A DNA stretch of 32,913 bases from a virus, in the IMG/VR virus record IMGVR_UViG_3300027510_000010, positions 1 to 32,913 of that record. One strand, given 5' to 3'. The notes under the pieces are model-generated. The model saw only the letters and a list, made by a program, of their open reading frames with translations, was not told where the DNA came from and searched no databases. The translations under genes and the position numbers were made by a program. This document shows, piece by piece, positions 8,836 to 17,660 of this stretch. The stretch's first letter is position 1; each line of letters opens with the position of its first letter.

Positions 8836-8875
8836 AGCGCCAAGACATATCTGTAGCCAAATCGGAGGCTCCGAC

Positions 8876-9184
8876 ATGTCTAGACTGGCAACATTCCTGA
8901 TCACGGTCGTCGACGCCATCCGCGCATTTTTCACCCGCGCATCGCCTCCAGATCCTCTCGCGCCCCCGAGCACCTCGCCCGGCACCGCACCCGGGCCGCG
9001 TCCGATCTCTCCGGCCGTCCGCTCCTTTATCCTCGACGGCCACACCAAGGAGATCCAGGCATCGCTTGTCGAGCAGATCGAGCAGTACGAGGCCGCCGGC
9101 GCAACCTCGTTTACCCTCCGGTATCCGGGCGGCTACTACCTGATCCGCGACGGGCAGGTCGTCGGGTCCGGGAGGGGCGAATGA
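8876..9184 (+). CDS. Hypothetical protein, amphipathic N-terminus and Pro-rich linker
   Basis: GGAGG RBS before ATG 8876; ATGA overlap with the next gene. Confidence 0.7.
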   Translation: MSRLATFLITVVDAIRAFFTRASPPDPLAPPSTSPGTAPGPRPISPAVRSFILDGHTKEIQASLVEQIEQYEAAGATSFTLRYPGGYYLIRDGQVVGSGRGE

Positions 9185-9429
9185 TTGAGGCGCTCCCCCT
9201 CGATCTCCTCTACTCCGTCGCCGCGATCGCCGGGACCGCGATCCTCTCTGCCCTCGCCGGCCGGGCGTGGGGTCGTCGGACCATCGCGGCCGCACACGCG
9301 ACCCGTGCAGCCGTCGACGTCATTTGTGACGCGATCGAGGACGGCACCATCACCGAGGAAGAGGTTCGTGCGATCGTCGCCGCTGGGAACAACTGGCTCG
9401 CAGCAATTAGCCTGGAGACTGGCAAATGA
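9181..9429 (+). CDS. Small membrane protein, holin-like candidate
   Basis: Hydrophobic N-terminal helix LLYSVAAIAGTAILSALAG followed by a basic RR stretch. Confidence 0.55.
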   Translation: MIEALPLDLLYSVAAIAGTAILSALAGRAWGRRTIAAAHATRAAVDVICDAIEDGTITEEEVRAIVAAGNNWLAAISLETGK

Positions 9430-9437
9430 GCAATCTG

Positions 9438-9510
9438 GCCGCCGTGGCGCAACAGGTAGCGCACTCCCCCTGTAAGGGAGCGGTTGCGGGTTCGACCCCC
9501 GCCGACGGCT
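9438..9510 (+). tRNA. tRNA-Thr(UGU), intronless, no encoded CCA, atypical C33
   Basis: Cloverleaf: acceptor GCCGCCG/CGACGGC (one C-A mismatch), D stem GCGC/GCGC, anticodon stem CTCCC/GGGAG with loop CCTGTAA, T stem GCGGG/CCCGC with loop TTCGACC, U73, followed by a T-run. Confidence 0.85.
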
Positions 9511-9526
9511 TTTTCGAGGTGACCGC

Positions 9527-11131
9527 ATGAGCTCCACCGCTCCTACCTCGCAGGACCTCCAGCAGTTTGCTGACGCACTGCAGGTTGCCCTCGACTCCTA
9601 CGATCTGCTCGTCGAGCGCATAGGTATCCTGGAGGACCAGCTCAGCGAGCGGGGGTGGCAGCGGATCGGCGGCGACCCCCGAGACTTCTCCCGCGAGGGG
9701 CTCCGCGCGATCTCCAGGATGGTCCGGATATACTGGCTCAAAAACCCGCTCATCAAGCGAGCCGTGGCAGTCCAGAATCTCTATGTCTGGGGGCAGGGCG
9801 TCACGCTGCGGGCCGTGCACCCGACCGTCGATACCGTCGTACAGAAGGTCCTCAAGGACCCGACGAACCGGACCGTCTTTGGCGACGTCGAAGCCTGGAT
9901 GCGGCTGGAGACCGGCCTCCAGCTATTCGCGAACCTCTTCTTTGTGTTTTTTGTCAACCCGAGCACCGGCCACGTCAAGGTCCGTACGATCCCGTTCGAC
10001 GAGATCGAGGCCGTCATCACTAACCCCGAGGACGCCCAGGACCCTTGGTATTACCTCCGCACCTGGACTGTGACGACCGTCAACCCCTCAACCGGGTTCC
10101 CGACCGTCGAGCCGAAAAAAGCCTACTACCCCGACTGGCGGTACAACCCTCGCGGCGGTCATCCCGCATACATCGCTGGCATCCCGGTCCGGGCGGATAC
10201 CCCGATCTACCATGTCAGCGTCAACCGGCTCGACGACATGCAGTTTGGCGTCTCGGAACTCTACGCGGCCTGTGATTGGGCAAACGCTTACAAGGTGTTT
10301 TTGGAGAAATGGGTCACGATCACCGACGCGCTCAGCAAGTTTACGATGCAGCTCACGGGTGCGAACAAGCGGGCCGCGACCGCCGCCGTCTCAAAACTCC
10401 AGGAGATGATCCCCCGGTTGCAGCAGGGGCTCGCCGAGGCTCGGGCACAGGGCGGCGGCACGGTCGGTGGAACGTTTGTGACGACGCCCGGGACGAAGCT
10501 CGAGCCGATCAAGACCTCCGGCGTCACGACCAGCATGGACGACGCCCGCCGGCTGATGCTGATGGTCTGCAGCGCGACCGGCATCAACGAGCCCTACCTC
10601 ACCGGCGACCCCTCGACCGGCAACCTCGCGACCGCGAAGTCCATGGAGCGCCCGATGGAGCTCCAGTTCACCGCTAGGCAGCGCCTCTGGTCGTCGATCC
10701 TCGGCAACATCCTCGACTATATCATCGACCAGGCCGCGATGATGCCGTCCGGGCCGCTGCGTGCTGGAGCGACCGTCGAGATCGACGATGACGGCGACCG
10801 GATTGTGACGCTCGGTATCGATCCGGAGACGGGGGAGCCGATGAACAGGGCGGTCGAGGTCAAGTTCCCACCGATCCTCGAACGCGACCTCTCCGAGCAG
10901 GTCGATGCCATCATCCATGCTGGCACGCTCAAGGGCGCCGCAGCGGCAGGCACGATCCCGATCAAGTATCTGACTCGGATGCTCCTCGACGCCCTCGGAG
11001 AAGAACACGCCGCCGACCTCGTCGAGGAGTGGTTCCCGGAGGGTGAAGACCAGCAGGCTGACGACAGCGAGGCGGCGCTCGCGACGGCGATCGGGAAACT
11101 GGAGGCCTACCTCCGGGAGGTGTCGGCATGA
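9527..11131 (+). CDS. Portal protein
   Basis: 534 aa, first large gene after terL; YWLKNPLIKRAV, GVSEL...WA..YK and TGDPSTGNLATAKSME portal-like segments. Confidence 0.85.
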   Translation: MSSTAPTSQDLQQFADALQVALDSYDLLVERIGILEDQLSERGWQRIGGDPRDFSREGLRAISRMVRIYWLKNPLIKRAVAVQNLYVWGQGVTLRAVHPTVDTVVQKVLKDPTNRTVFGDVEAWMRLETGLQLFANLFFVFFVNPSTGHVKVRTIPFDEIEAVITNPEDAQDPWYYLRTWTVTTVNPSTGFPTVEPKKAYYPDWRYNPRGGHPAYIAGIPVRADTPIYHVSVNRLDDMQFGVSELYAACDWANAYKVFLEKWVTITDALSKFTMQLTGANKRAATAAVSKLQEMIPRLQQGLAEARAQGGGTVGGTFVTTPGTKLEPIKTSGVTTSMDDARRLMLMVCSATGINEPYLTGDPSTGNLATAKSMERPMELQFTARQRLWSSILGNILDYIIDQAAMMPSGPLRAGATVEIDDDGDRIVTLGIDPETGEPMNRAVEVKFPPILERDLSEQVDAIIHAGTLKGAAAAGTIPIKYLTRMLLDALGEEHAADLVEEWFPEGEDQQADDSEAALATAIGKLEAYLREVSA

Positions 11132-11937
11132 CTCCGCTCCGCGACCTCCTCGAAAGCATCGTCACCCTGACGAAGATCTGGAAGCGGGACCAGGCACTCA
11201 AACCTATCGAGACGAAGCTCGCCGGGCAGATGGCGAAGGCGTTCCGGGCGCACCGGGCCGTCTTCATGCGCGAGTTTGAGCGGATCGGCCCGGGGATCCT
11301 CGGCGAGGCCTCTACCCTCCCTGCGATCGAGGGGGCACTCGAAGTAGCCTACCAGGCGACACTCGCCGATTTCCTCGCCCCGATCGAGGAGGCTGCCGGG
11401 GCCGCGGCCGCCGCCGCCGCGAAGCACCGGGTGGCGGAGTTCGGGGTCAGCTTTGCGTTTGACCTCAAAAACCCCCGAGCGATCGCCGCCATCAAAGCAC
11501 AGGCGGCCGCGTCCGTCGAGGAGATCGACGCGACCACCCGGGACGACCTCACCCGTATCCTGACGCAAGGGATGGAGGAGGGCTACAACTACCAGCAGGT
11601 AGCCCGGGCGATCGCGGCGAAGTACGACGAGTATGCAGTCCCGGTCACCCGACCCCGGCACATCCGCAACCGGGCGGAACTGATCGCGGTCACTGAAGCG
11701 GCCGAGGCGTACGAGACCGGGAACCGCCTGGTCATCGACGAGATGACGGCCGTCGGCCTGGAGATGGAAAAACGCTGGTCCGACGTCGGCGACGAGCGAG
11801 TCTCGGTCGGGTGCCGGGCAAACTCGCAGGCGGGGTGGATCCCGGTCGACCAGCCGTTTCCGTCCGGCCACCAGCACCCCCCCAGGTTCCCGGGGTGCCG
11901 GTGCGCCACCCTGTACCGCCGGAGGCCGGCAACATGA
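11128..11937 (+). CDS. Minor head morphogenesis protein (SPP1 gp7 / Mu gpF-like)
   Basis: RAELIAVTE...KRWSDVGDERV...C...HPPRFPGCRC motif, located after the portal. Confidence 0.85.
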   Translation: MTPLRDLLESIVTLTKIWKRDQALKPIETKLAGQMAKAFRAHRAVFMREFERIGPGILGEASTLPAIEGALEVAYQATLADFLAPIEEAAGAAAAAAAKHRVAEFGVSFAFDLKNPRAIAAIKAQAAASVEEIDATTRDDLTRILTQGMEEGYNYQQVARAIAAKYDEYAVPVTRPRHIRNRAELIAVTEAAEAYETGNRLVIDEMTAVGLEMEKRWSDVGDERVSVGCRANSQAGWIPVDQPFPSGHQHPPRFPGCRCATLYRRRPAT

Positions 11938-13025
11938 ACGGAGTGATGGAAAGTGTGACAAACGACATGAAAGAGTTTGTAGCGGACGTCGTCCCGCTCA
12001 TCGAAGCAAAGACCGACGACAATGGCACGATCCCCATCAAGATCATCGACCCTGGGTGGGGCTCATCGGGCTACTACTCCCGCGAGGTCCTGCAGCAGGC
12101 GGTCAACGCCCGAGTCTACGCGGCCGGGACCCAGATGTTCTGGAACCACCCGAGCAAAACCGATGAAAAGGACCGGCCGGAACGCGACCTCCGCGACCTC
12201 GCCGGCGTCCTGACCGAGGACGCCTGGTGGGACGAGCGCGGGCCAAAAGGCCCCGGAGTCTATGCCCGGGCGAAGGTGTTTTCCCCCTACCGCGACGCCG
12301 TCGCCGAGATGGGACCGTACATCGGGCTCTCCCACTACGTGTGGGGCGAGAGCAAGCCGGGCGAGGCGGAGGGGAAGAAGGGTGACATCATCACCCGGAT
12401 CGTCGCCGCCCGCTCGGTCGATTTCGTGACCGTGCCCGGCCGGGGCGGGGCGATCGCGGAGGCGTTCCGGGCCGCCCGGCCCCCAGAACCGACAGATGAA
12501 CAAAAAACCGAAGCAGGAATCCAAATGGTAGGAGAGAAACCCGAAAAACTGACGCTCGAATCCATCCGCAAGGAGCACCCTGAGATCATCGAGGCGCTCC
12601 GGCAGGAGTTCGAGAACGACAGCGCCCGCAAGGAGGCGCAGGCACGGCAGGAGAAGAAACTCGCCGAGACCGAGAAGGCCCTCGAAGAGGCGAAGGCGGA
12701 GAACGCCCGGCTCAAGGAGGCACTGCTCCTCGTCGAGGCGCGGACGTTTGTTGAGGCGAAGGTCAAGGCGTCAACGCTGCCGGAGATCTCGAAGACGCGG
12801 GTTGCCGAGGCGCTCGCGAAGGACCCGGTCGTCAAGGACGGTAAGATCGACGAGACGGCCTACGCCGCGAAGATCGAGGCCGCAATCAAGAGCGAGGCCG
12901 AGTATCTCGCGAATCTCGGCGCCGGTAAGGTCTCCGGGATGGGCGCGGGCGCTCCGACCGAGATGACGCTCGAAGAGGCGGAAAAGGCGTTTGCAGAGCG
13001 AATCAAAGTATTTGGAGGATACTGA
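11934..13025 (+). CDS. Prohead protease fused to C-terminal scaffold
   Basis: IKIIDPGWGSSGYY, MFWNHP, IGLSH, SVDFVTVPGRGG protease domain followed by an acidic coiled-coil; ATGA overlap at 11934. Confidence 0.8.
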   Translation: MNGVMESVTNDMKEFVADVVPLIEAKTDDNGTIPIKIIDPGWGSSGYYSREVLQQAVNARVYAAGTQMFWNHPSKTDEKDRPERDLRDLAGVLTEDAWWDERGPKGPGVYARAKVFSPYRDAVAEMGPYIGLSHYVWGESKPGEAEGKKGDIITRIVAARSVDFVTVPGRGGAIAEAFRAARPPEPTDEQKTEAGIQMVGEKPEKLTLESIRKEHPEIIEALRQEFENDSARKEAQARQEKKLAETEKALEEAKAENARLKEALLLVEARTFVEAKVKASTLPEISKTRVAEALAKDPVVKDGKIDETAYAAKIEAAIKSEAEYLANLGAGKVSGMGAGAPTEMTLEEAEKAFAERIKVFGGY

Positions 13026-13027
13026 GC

Positions 13028-13402
13028 ATGGCAAAAAATGAGGTCTACTATCCGGGCGACACGATCCCGCTCCCCGTCCCGGAGGGAACTAAGAGTGGCG
13101 ATCCGGTCGTCGTCGGAACCATTGCAGGCATCGCGATGGAGGACCGCGATGCGGCAGGAAATGCCCCCGTCCGCGTGAAGGGGGTTTTCAAGCTCTCTGT
13201 CACCGGACACAACGGAACCACGAACGTGGCAATCGACGTAGGGGACAAAGTGTACTACACTCTCCCGTCGAGTGGGGCGCCAATCATCAACGCCAACGCG
13301 TCCGCTGGCGCCGAGTTCGGCGTCGCGCTCGGAGCGATCGCCGCGGGTGCGACCGATCCGGTCGTCGCGACGATCCCCGTCGTCCTCAAAGGAGGTATCT
13401 GA
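13028..13402 (+). CDS. Capsid decoration/cement protein (DUF2190-like)
   Basis: SGDPVVVG...G(I)A...V.VKGVF pattern, between the scaffold and the MCP. Confidence 0.75.
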   Translation: MAKNEVYYPGDTIPLPVPEGTKSGDPVVVGTIAGIAMEDRDAAGNAPVRVKGVFKLSVTGHNGTTNVAIDVGDKVYYTLPSSGAPIINANASAGAEFGVALGAIAAGATDPVVATIPVVLKGGI

Positions 13403-14575
13403 ATGATGATGGATAAGGTATTTGAAACCGTCGATTCGACCGATGCGTCGATCAAGCAGTTCTTCGCGGAGGCGGGTACTCCGGTCAGTCGGGCACTCGC
13501 CCGTGCAGAAAACAAAGCCGACCTCCTGAACCGCGTCTGTCGCGCCCTGGACCTCGTAGAGGCCACGAGCCGAGGCGACGTCGGGATCAACCGGCTCGCC
13601 GAAGCGATGGGTACCAGCGACTTCCCCCTCCTGATGGGGGTCGCGATGGAGCAGGTCATGGTCGGCGCATACAAGGCCTGGCCGACATCCTACCGCGACT
13701 GGGCGATGGTGAGCACCGTCCCGGACTTCCGCGACGCGGCTCGCTATGAGGTCGCGGGCGGCGACGGCACGCTCCCGGAGGTCGGGCAGCAGAGCGAATA
13801 CCCGGCGACCCACCTCACTGAGTCGAAGAGCACCTTCAGGGTCAAGAAATACGGGACGCGGATCCCGCTCTCCTGGGAGTTGATCAGGAACGACGCAATG
13901 GGCGCGTTTGCCGACATCCCGAAGCGGTTCGGTCGGGCCGCCGCGCGGACGGAGGAGAAGTTTGCGACCAGCCTGATCGTCGGCCCCAACGGCCCTGACA
14001 TCACGCTCTACTCCGCGAATCAGGGCAACCTCCTCACCGAACCGCTCTCCGTCGCCGGAGTGCAAGCGGGCTTTGCCGCGATGAGTGAGATGACCGACGC
14101 AGGGGGTGAGCCGATCTTGAACCGGCCGACCGTCCTCGCAGTGCCTCCGGCGCTCGAAGTGACTGCCAACAACATCGTCAACGCGCTCACGATCAAGGCA
14201 AAGTTGACTGGGGGCGGGTCATCCGAACAGGAGATCGAGACCGCGAACTGGATCAAGGCCGGCGGGCTCAAAGTTGCGGTACTCCCCTACGCGCCGATCC
14301 TCGCATCAACCGCAAACGGGTCCACGCAGTGGTATCTCTTCGCCGACCCGGCAGAGGGGCGGGCCGCCGTCGAGGTCGCGCACCTTCGCGGGCACGAAGC
14401 GCCGGCGATCTTCATGAAGAGCCCCAACGCAGTTGGGCTCTCCGGGACCGCCGCAAGTGCCTTCGACGGCGATTTTGACACCGACACGATCCAGTATAAG
14501 GTTCGGGCGGTGTTCGGCGGCAGGCAGGGAGATTACCGCTTCACTGTGGGTTCCACCGGGGCGGGATCCTCCTAA
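13403..14575 (+). CDS. Major capsid protein (HK97 fold, Mu gpT-like)
   Basis: MGTSDFPLL, VPDFR, KKYG..I.LSWELIRND..GAF, L.VPPALE, D.DTD..QYKVR..FG. Confidence 0.9.
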   Translation: MMMDKVFETVDSTDASIKQFFAEAGTPVSRALARAENKADLLNRVCRALDLVEATSRGDVGINRLAEAMGTSDFPLLMGVAMEQVMVGAYKAWPTSYRDWAMVSTVPDFRDAARYEVAGGDGTLPEVGQQSEYPATHLTESKSTFRVKKYGTRIPLSWELIRNDAMGAFADIPKRFGRAAARTEEKFATSLIVGPNGPDITLYSANQGNLLTEPLSVAGVQAGFAAMSEMTDAGGEPILNRPTVLAVPPALEVTANNIVNALTIKAKLTGGGSSEQEIETANWIKAGGLKVAVLPYAPILASTANGSTQWYLFADPAEGRAAVEVAHLRGHEAPAIFMKSPNAVGLSGTAASAFDGDFDTDTIQYKVRAVFGGRQGDYRFTVGSTGAGSS

Positions 14576-14592
14576 CCCTCTTTTTCCGGGGG
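14576..14592 (+). terminator. Possible oligo-T terminator after the MCP
   Basis: CCCTCTTTTTCC immediately after the MCP stop. Confidence 0.35.
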
Positions 14593-14601
14593 TGATCTGA
14601 C

Positions 14602-14742
14602 ATGGACAGCCTACCGCGCCCGGTAACCACTACGGATGTCTATCTCGCCCGGATTGTGGAGCAGAACGATGAGATCATCGCCCTTATAAAGACCGAGGGC
14701 GCGCGGCCGAAGACTCGGCGCCTCAAGGAGCCGAAACCATGA
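14602..14742 (+). CDS. 46-aa hypothetical protein (not in the ORF track)
   Basis: MDSLPRPVTTTDVYLARIVEQNDEIIALIKTEGARPKTRRLKEPKP; GGTGA RBS; ATGA overlap with the next gene. Confidence 0.6.
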   Translation: MDSLPRPVTTTDVYLARIVEQNDEIIALIKTEGARPKTRRLKEPKP

Positions 14743-15107
14743 CGTTTACATACATCCCCGGGACGCCGATTGGCCTGGTGCGGCTCCTCTGCACTGACCG
14801 CGACCCGGACAACGAGATCTTCTCTGACGAGGAGATCGCTGTTTTCCTCGACCTCAACGGGCAGGACGTCCGGCTCGCGGCCGCCGACGCTCTCGACCAG
14901 ATCGCCGCGTCGCAGGCCCTGATCCTCAAGTACATCGAGGTCAACGGCTTGAAAACAAACGGGCAGGCAGTCGCCAACGCGCTGCATCAGCAGGCCGAGA
15001 GCCTCCGGGCCCGGGCAGCGGTCGAGGCGGCCGAGGATGATGTGTATATCGACATCATCCCCGGACCGGGCTCGATCATCGCACCTGACTCGTGGGGGTT
15101 GATCTGA
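14739..15107 (+). CDS. Head-tail adaptor (neck) protein
   Basis: VRLL..DRDP....FSDEEI..FL...V..AAA.AL pattern; position after the MCP. Confidence 0.7.
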   Translation: MTFTYIPGTPIGLVRLLCTDRDPDNEIFSDEEIAVFLDLNGQDVRLAAADALDQIAASQALILKYIEVNGLKTNGQAVANALHQQAESLRARAAVEAAEDDVYIDIIPGPGSIIAPDSWGLI

Positions 15108-15457
15108 TGCAGGGCATCGTTGACCCCCGGCTCATGGGGGCGCTGGAGAGCCATTTCCCTGACCGCTGCACCATCCAGTATCTCACGGAGACCGTGGACG
15201 CCGATGGGCAGGTGGTCAAGACCTGGACGGACCGGCACACCGATGTACCGTGCAACGTCATGCCGCTCAAGGGCCGGGAGATCAAGCGCCCGAACCAGAC
15301 CTACGTCGTCGCCAACACCTCGATCGCCCTGCAGGGGCACTACGCCGATATCGTCGAGAGCGACCGGGCGATCGTCGGCGGCACGACCTACGACATCCTA
15401 CTCGTGGAGCAGATCCTCGACACGATGACGCGACTCTCCTGCGAGGTGGTGCGGTGA
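15107..15457 (+). CDS. Head-closure protein (SPP1 gp16-like)
   Basis: CTIQ..TETVDADGQVVKTW...Y.I..V beta-rich pattern; TGATG overlap. Confidence 0.7.
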   Translation: MQGIVDPRLMGALESHFPDRCTIQYLTETVDADGQVVKTWTDRHTDVPCNVMPLKGREIKRPNQTYVVANTSIALQGHYADIVESDRAIVGGTTYDILLVEQILDTMTRLSCEVVR

Positions 15458-15684
15458 CGGACGACGGACTCCGGCAGATGGTCTACGAGACACGGCAGGA
15501 CGTCCGGTGGATCAAAGACACGCTCCGGGAGATCAAGGAGGCCAACCGGGCGCAGGACGAGCGGATCGACGAGATCAAGGCGCGACAGGACTCGCAGACC
15601 GGGAGAGACGGCGCACTTGCGGCGATCGTCTCAATGGTTGTCGCGTTCTTTACCGCGCTTGCCTCCGGGGGGTGGTTCCGATGA
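15454..15684 (+). CDS. Coiled-coil protein with a C-terminal transmembrane helix (lysis/membrane candidate)
   Basis: GTG start overlapping the prior stop; MTDDGLRQMVYETRQDVRWIKDTL...GALAAIVSMVVAFFTALASGGWFR. Confidence 0.6.
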   Translation: MTDDGLRQMVYETRQDVRWIKDTLREIKEANRAQDERIDEIKARQDSQTGRDGALAAIVSMVVAFFTALASGGWFR

Positions 15685-16106
15685 GCGACCCGGGCGTCCA
15701 CGTTATCGGCGCCGAAGACCTCGCGGCGAAGTTCCGCGCCCTCGCCGACGACATCAAAGGCCCGGCGCTCGAGGCCGCTACCCGGGCGGCGGCGCTCCCC
15801 GTGCTTAACCAGGTGCGGATCACCGTCCCCGAGGGTGGCAGAACCCCGTACAAGACCGGTACCTACCGCCGGTCGTTTCAGATGGAGACCGCTGAGAAGA
15901 CCGCCGAGCGGTGCACCGTGGTCGTGGGGACGGACGCCCCGCAGGCCCGACGACTTGAGTATGGGTTCGTCGGCCCGGACAAACTCGGCCGCGTCTACAA
16001 TCAGGCCGCCCGCCCGCACATCCGGCCCGCACTCGATGAAAACAGGGGCGCTGCCGTGGCCGAGTTCCGCGCCGCAATCGGGGATATCATACGGAGGCGA
16101 GGCTAG
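15681..16106 (+). CDS. Tail completion protein (HK97 gp10-like)
   Basis: PYKTGTYRRS...V.VG......LEYG...ARPHIRPALDE. Confidence 0.8.
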   Translation: MSDPGVHVIGAEDLAAKFRALADDIKGPALEAATRAAALPVLNQVRITVPEGGRTPYKTGTYRRSFQMETAEKTAERCTVVVGTDAPQARRLEYGFVGPDKLGRVYNQAARPHIRPALDENRGAAVAEFRAAIGDIIRRRG

Positions 16107-16487
16107 ATGCAGATCGAATCCATCCTCCGCGCGATCCTCGTCGCCGACCCGGACGTCGCGGCGATCATCGGATCCCGCGCCTATCAGGGACACCTGCCCC
16201 GCGAGCCGACGTTTCCGGCGATCGTCTACCAGATGATCAGCCGCCCCCAGGACGGCTTGACCGGTATCGTCCAGGCCCGGATGCAGTATACCTGCATGGC
16301 CGAGTCCTGGCGCGAGGCGGCCGACCTCGCCGACGCGGTGCGGTGTGCCCTGCACGGCTACCGCGGCGTGCGGGACGGGGCGCGTATCGAGGACGTCCGA
16401 TACGCAGGACAGCATGACGACTACGACGAGACGACCGGGATCCACTGGATCCCCGTGGACGTCATCGTCACGTATCTTGAGGTTTAA
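16107..16487 (+). CDS. Tail terminator protein (DUF3168-like)
   Basis: L.ADP.V....G.R.Y....P....FP.IVY...A..LADAVR.AL. Confidence 0.75.
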   Translation: MQIESILRAILVADPDVAAIIGSRAYQGHLPREPTFPAIVYQMISRPQDGLTGIVQARMQYTCMAESWREAADLADAVRCALHGYRGVRDGARIEDVRYAGQHDDYDETTGIHWIPVDVIVTYLEV

Positions 16488-16489
16488 GC

Positions 16490-17053
16490 ATGGCAAAATT
16501 CCAGACTGAAATTCAGAACGAGGACGCGATCCGGCTTGGATCGTGCAAAGTTGAGGTTGCACCGTACGACGAGACCACACCCGCGTACGTGGAGATAGGG
16601 GCGGCGCGCAATGTGAGGCTCGCAGAACAGATCGAGATCGCAACCATCGCGCCCGACAACGCGCCACCGATCCGCAAGGTCAAGGCACAGACCGTCGTCG
16701 TCTCGTGCGAATGGATGGAGCCGACCTTGACGGGGCTCGCAGCGCTCCGGGGAGCGCTCGACACGGTTACGAGCGCTGCTGGAGAGGATACGTTCCGGAC
16801 CGGCGGAAAAACGGATATCGGGTACGTCTCCGTGCGGCTGACGAATACCAACGCCGCCGGGAAGACCTATCAGGTCACCGTATACAAAGCACAGGTGACG
16901 AAGGGACTTGAGCAGGCGTTCTCGTCGGACGCGGACCTCGAGGCGGCGGTGATCCCGCTGGAGTTCACCGGCGTGGAAGACACTACGAAACCGGTAGGGG
17001 AGCAGCTCTTTGAGATCGTCGACATGCAGGCACCGAAGACCCCGGCGGCGTGA
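16490..17053 (+). CDS. Major tail tube protein
   Basis: 187 aa after the terminator; IRLGS.KVEV...IGA...V.IYKAQV...F...IPLEF.G. Confidence 0.8.
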   Translation: MAKFQTEIQNEDAIRLGSCKVEVAPYDETTPAYVEIGAARNVRLAEQIEIATIAPDNAPPIRKVKAQTVVVSCEWMEPTLTGLAALRGALDTVTSAAGEDTFRTGGKTDIGYVSVRLTNTNAAGKTYQVTVYKAQVTKGLEQAFSSDADLEAAVIPLEFTGVEDTTKPVGEQLFEIVDMQAPKTPAA

Positions 17054-17061
17054 GGTGTGAC

Positions 17062-17418
17062 ATGGTAGAGATTATCGATCTCTCCACCCTCTCGCCGAAA
17101 CCGGTGATCGTCAGGATCGGGAACGGCGACGATATTGAGGAGATCGATCTCACCATCGTCCCGGCTCGCGGCACACTGCTCCTAGCGCAGGCGACGCAGA
17201 AACACGGCGGGTGGGACAAGATCCCCGACGATGAGATGATCCCGGCGATCGCGGCCATCTGCCAGCAGTCCAACCCCAAGATCACCGCCGAGTGGCTGGA
17301 GACGAAACTGACCCGGCCGCAGCTCGCGGGGCTGGCGCAGGTGGTCATCGCACAGGCGTTCCGGCGGTGGGGGGGCGGACAGGATGACGACCAGGAGGGG
17401 GAGGCAAAAAACCCGTAA
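17062..17418 (+). CDS. Tail assembly chaperone (gpG-like)
   Basis: Between the tail tube and tape measure genes; ends in the slippery A AAA AAC. Confidence 0.8.
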   Translation: MVEIIDLSTLSPKPVIVRIGNGDDIEEIDLTIVPARGTLLLAQATQKHGGWDKIPDDEMIPAIAAICQQSNPKITAEWLETKLTRPQLAGLAQVVIAQAFRRWGGGQDDDQEGEAKNP

Positions 17419-17660
17419 TCGAGGCAGGTCGGATCATTGCCCACCTGTGCCGGACGTATGGGTGGACGCCGGACTACTGCCTCGATCGCCTATCATGGGC
17501 ACAGGTGATCATGTTCGATGCGTATTCGAGGGACCTCCCGGGGGTAACAGCGCCGGAGACCGGCGTGAGCCCGCCCTCAGAGGAGGGGGACGAGCCGGAC
17601 GTCGAACGAATCGAGCAGCGGTATGGCCCCAGGATCAGGAGGGTGATAGATGGTCGGTGA
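17406..17660 (+). CDS. -1 frameshift extension of the tail chaperone (gpGT-like)
   Basis: Heptamer AAAAAAC at 17406-17412 is in correct phase; the -1 frame reads PVIEAGRIIAHLCRTYGWTPDYCLDRLSWAQVIMF... to TGA 17658-17660 with no ATG of its own at the 5' end. Confidence 0.75.
   Translation, partial: KKPVIEAGRIIAHLCRTYGWTPDYCLDRLSWAQVIMFDAYSRDLPGVTAPETGVSPPSEEGDEPDVERIEQRYGPRIRRVIDGR

Noticed and set aside
9438-9510. tRNA-Tyr(GUA) reading of CTGTAA
   Set aside because: Centring GTA in the loop destroys the CTCCC/GGGAG stem; the 7-nt loop places TGT at positions 34-36.
9937-9955. T-rich stretch in the portal gene as a terminator
   Set aside because: It encodes FFVFFV; Phe codons largely force the T content, so evidence for a separate signal is weak.
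12498-12510. Slippery site in the protease/scaffold linker (CAAAAAACC)
   Set aside because: The A-run is out of phase for an XXXYYYZ heptamer (codons CAA AAA ACC); better explained as an unstructured region ahead of an internal start.
12860-14065. Long minus-strand ORFs (e.g. 12860-14065, 18769-20052, 15483-16667, 28193-29269, 31283-32311)
   Set aside because: They are antisense shadows of well-supported + strand genes in high-GC DNA, with no motifs, RBS or promoters.
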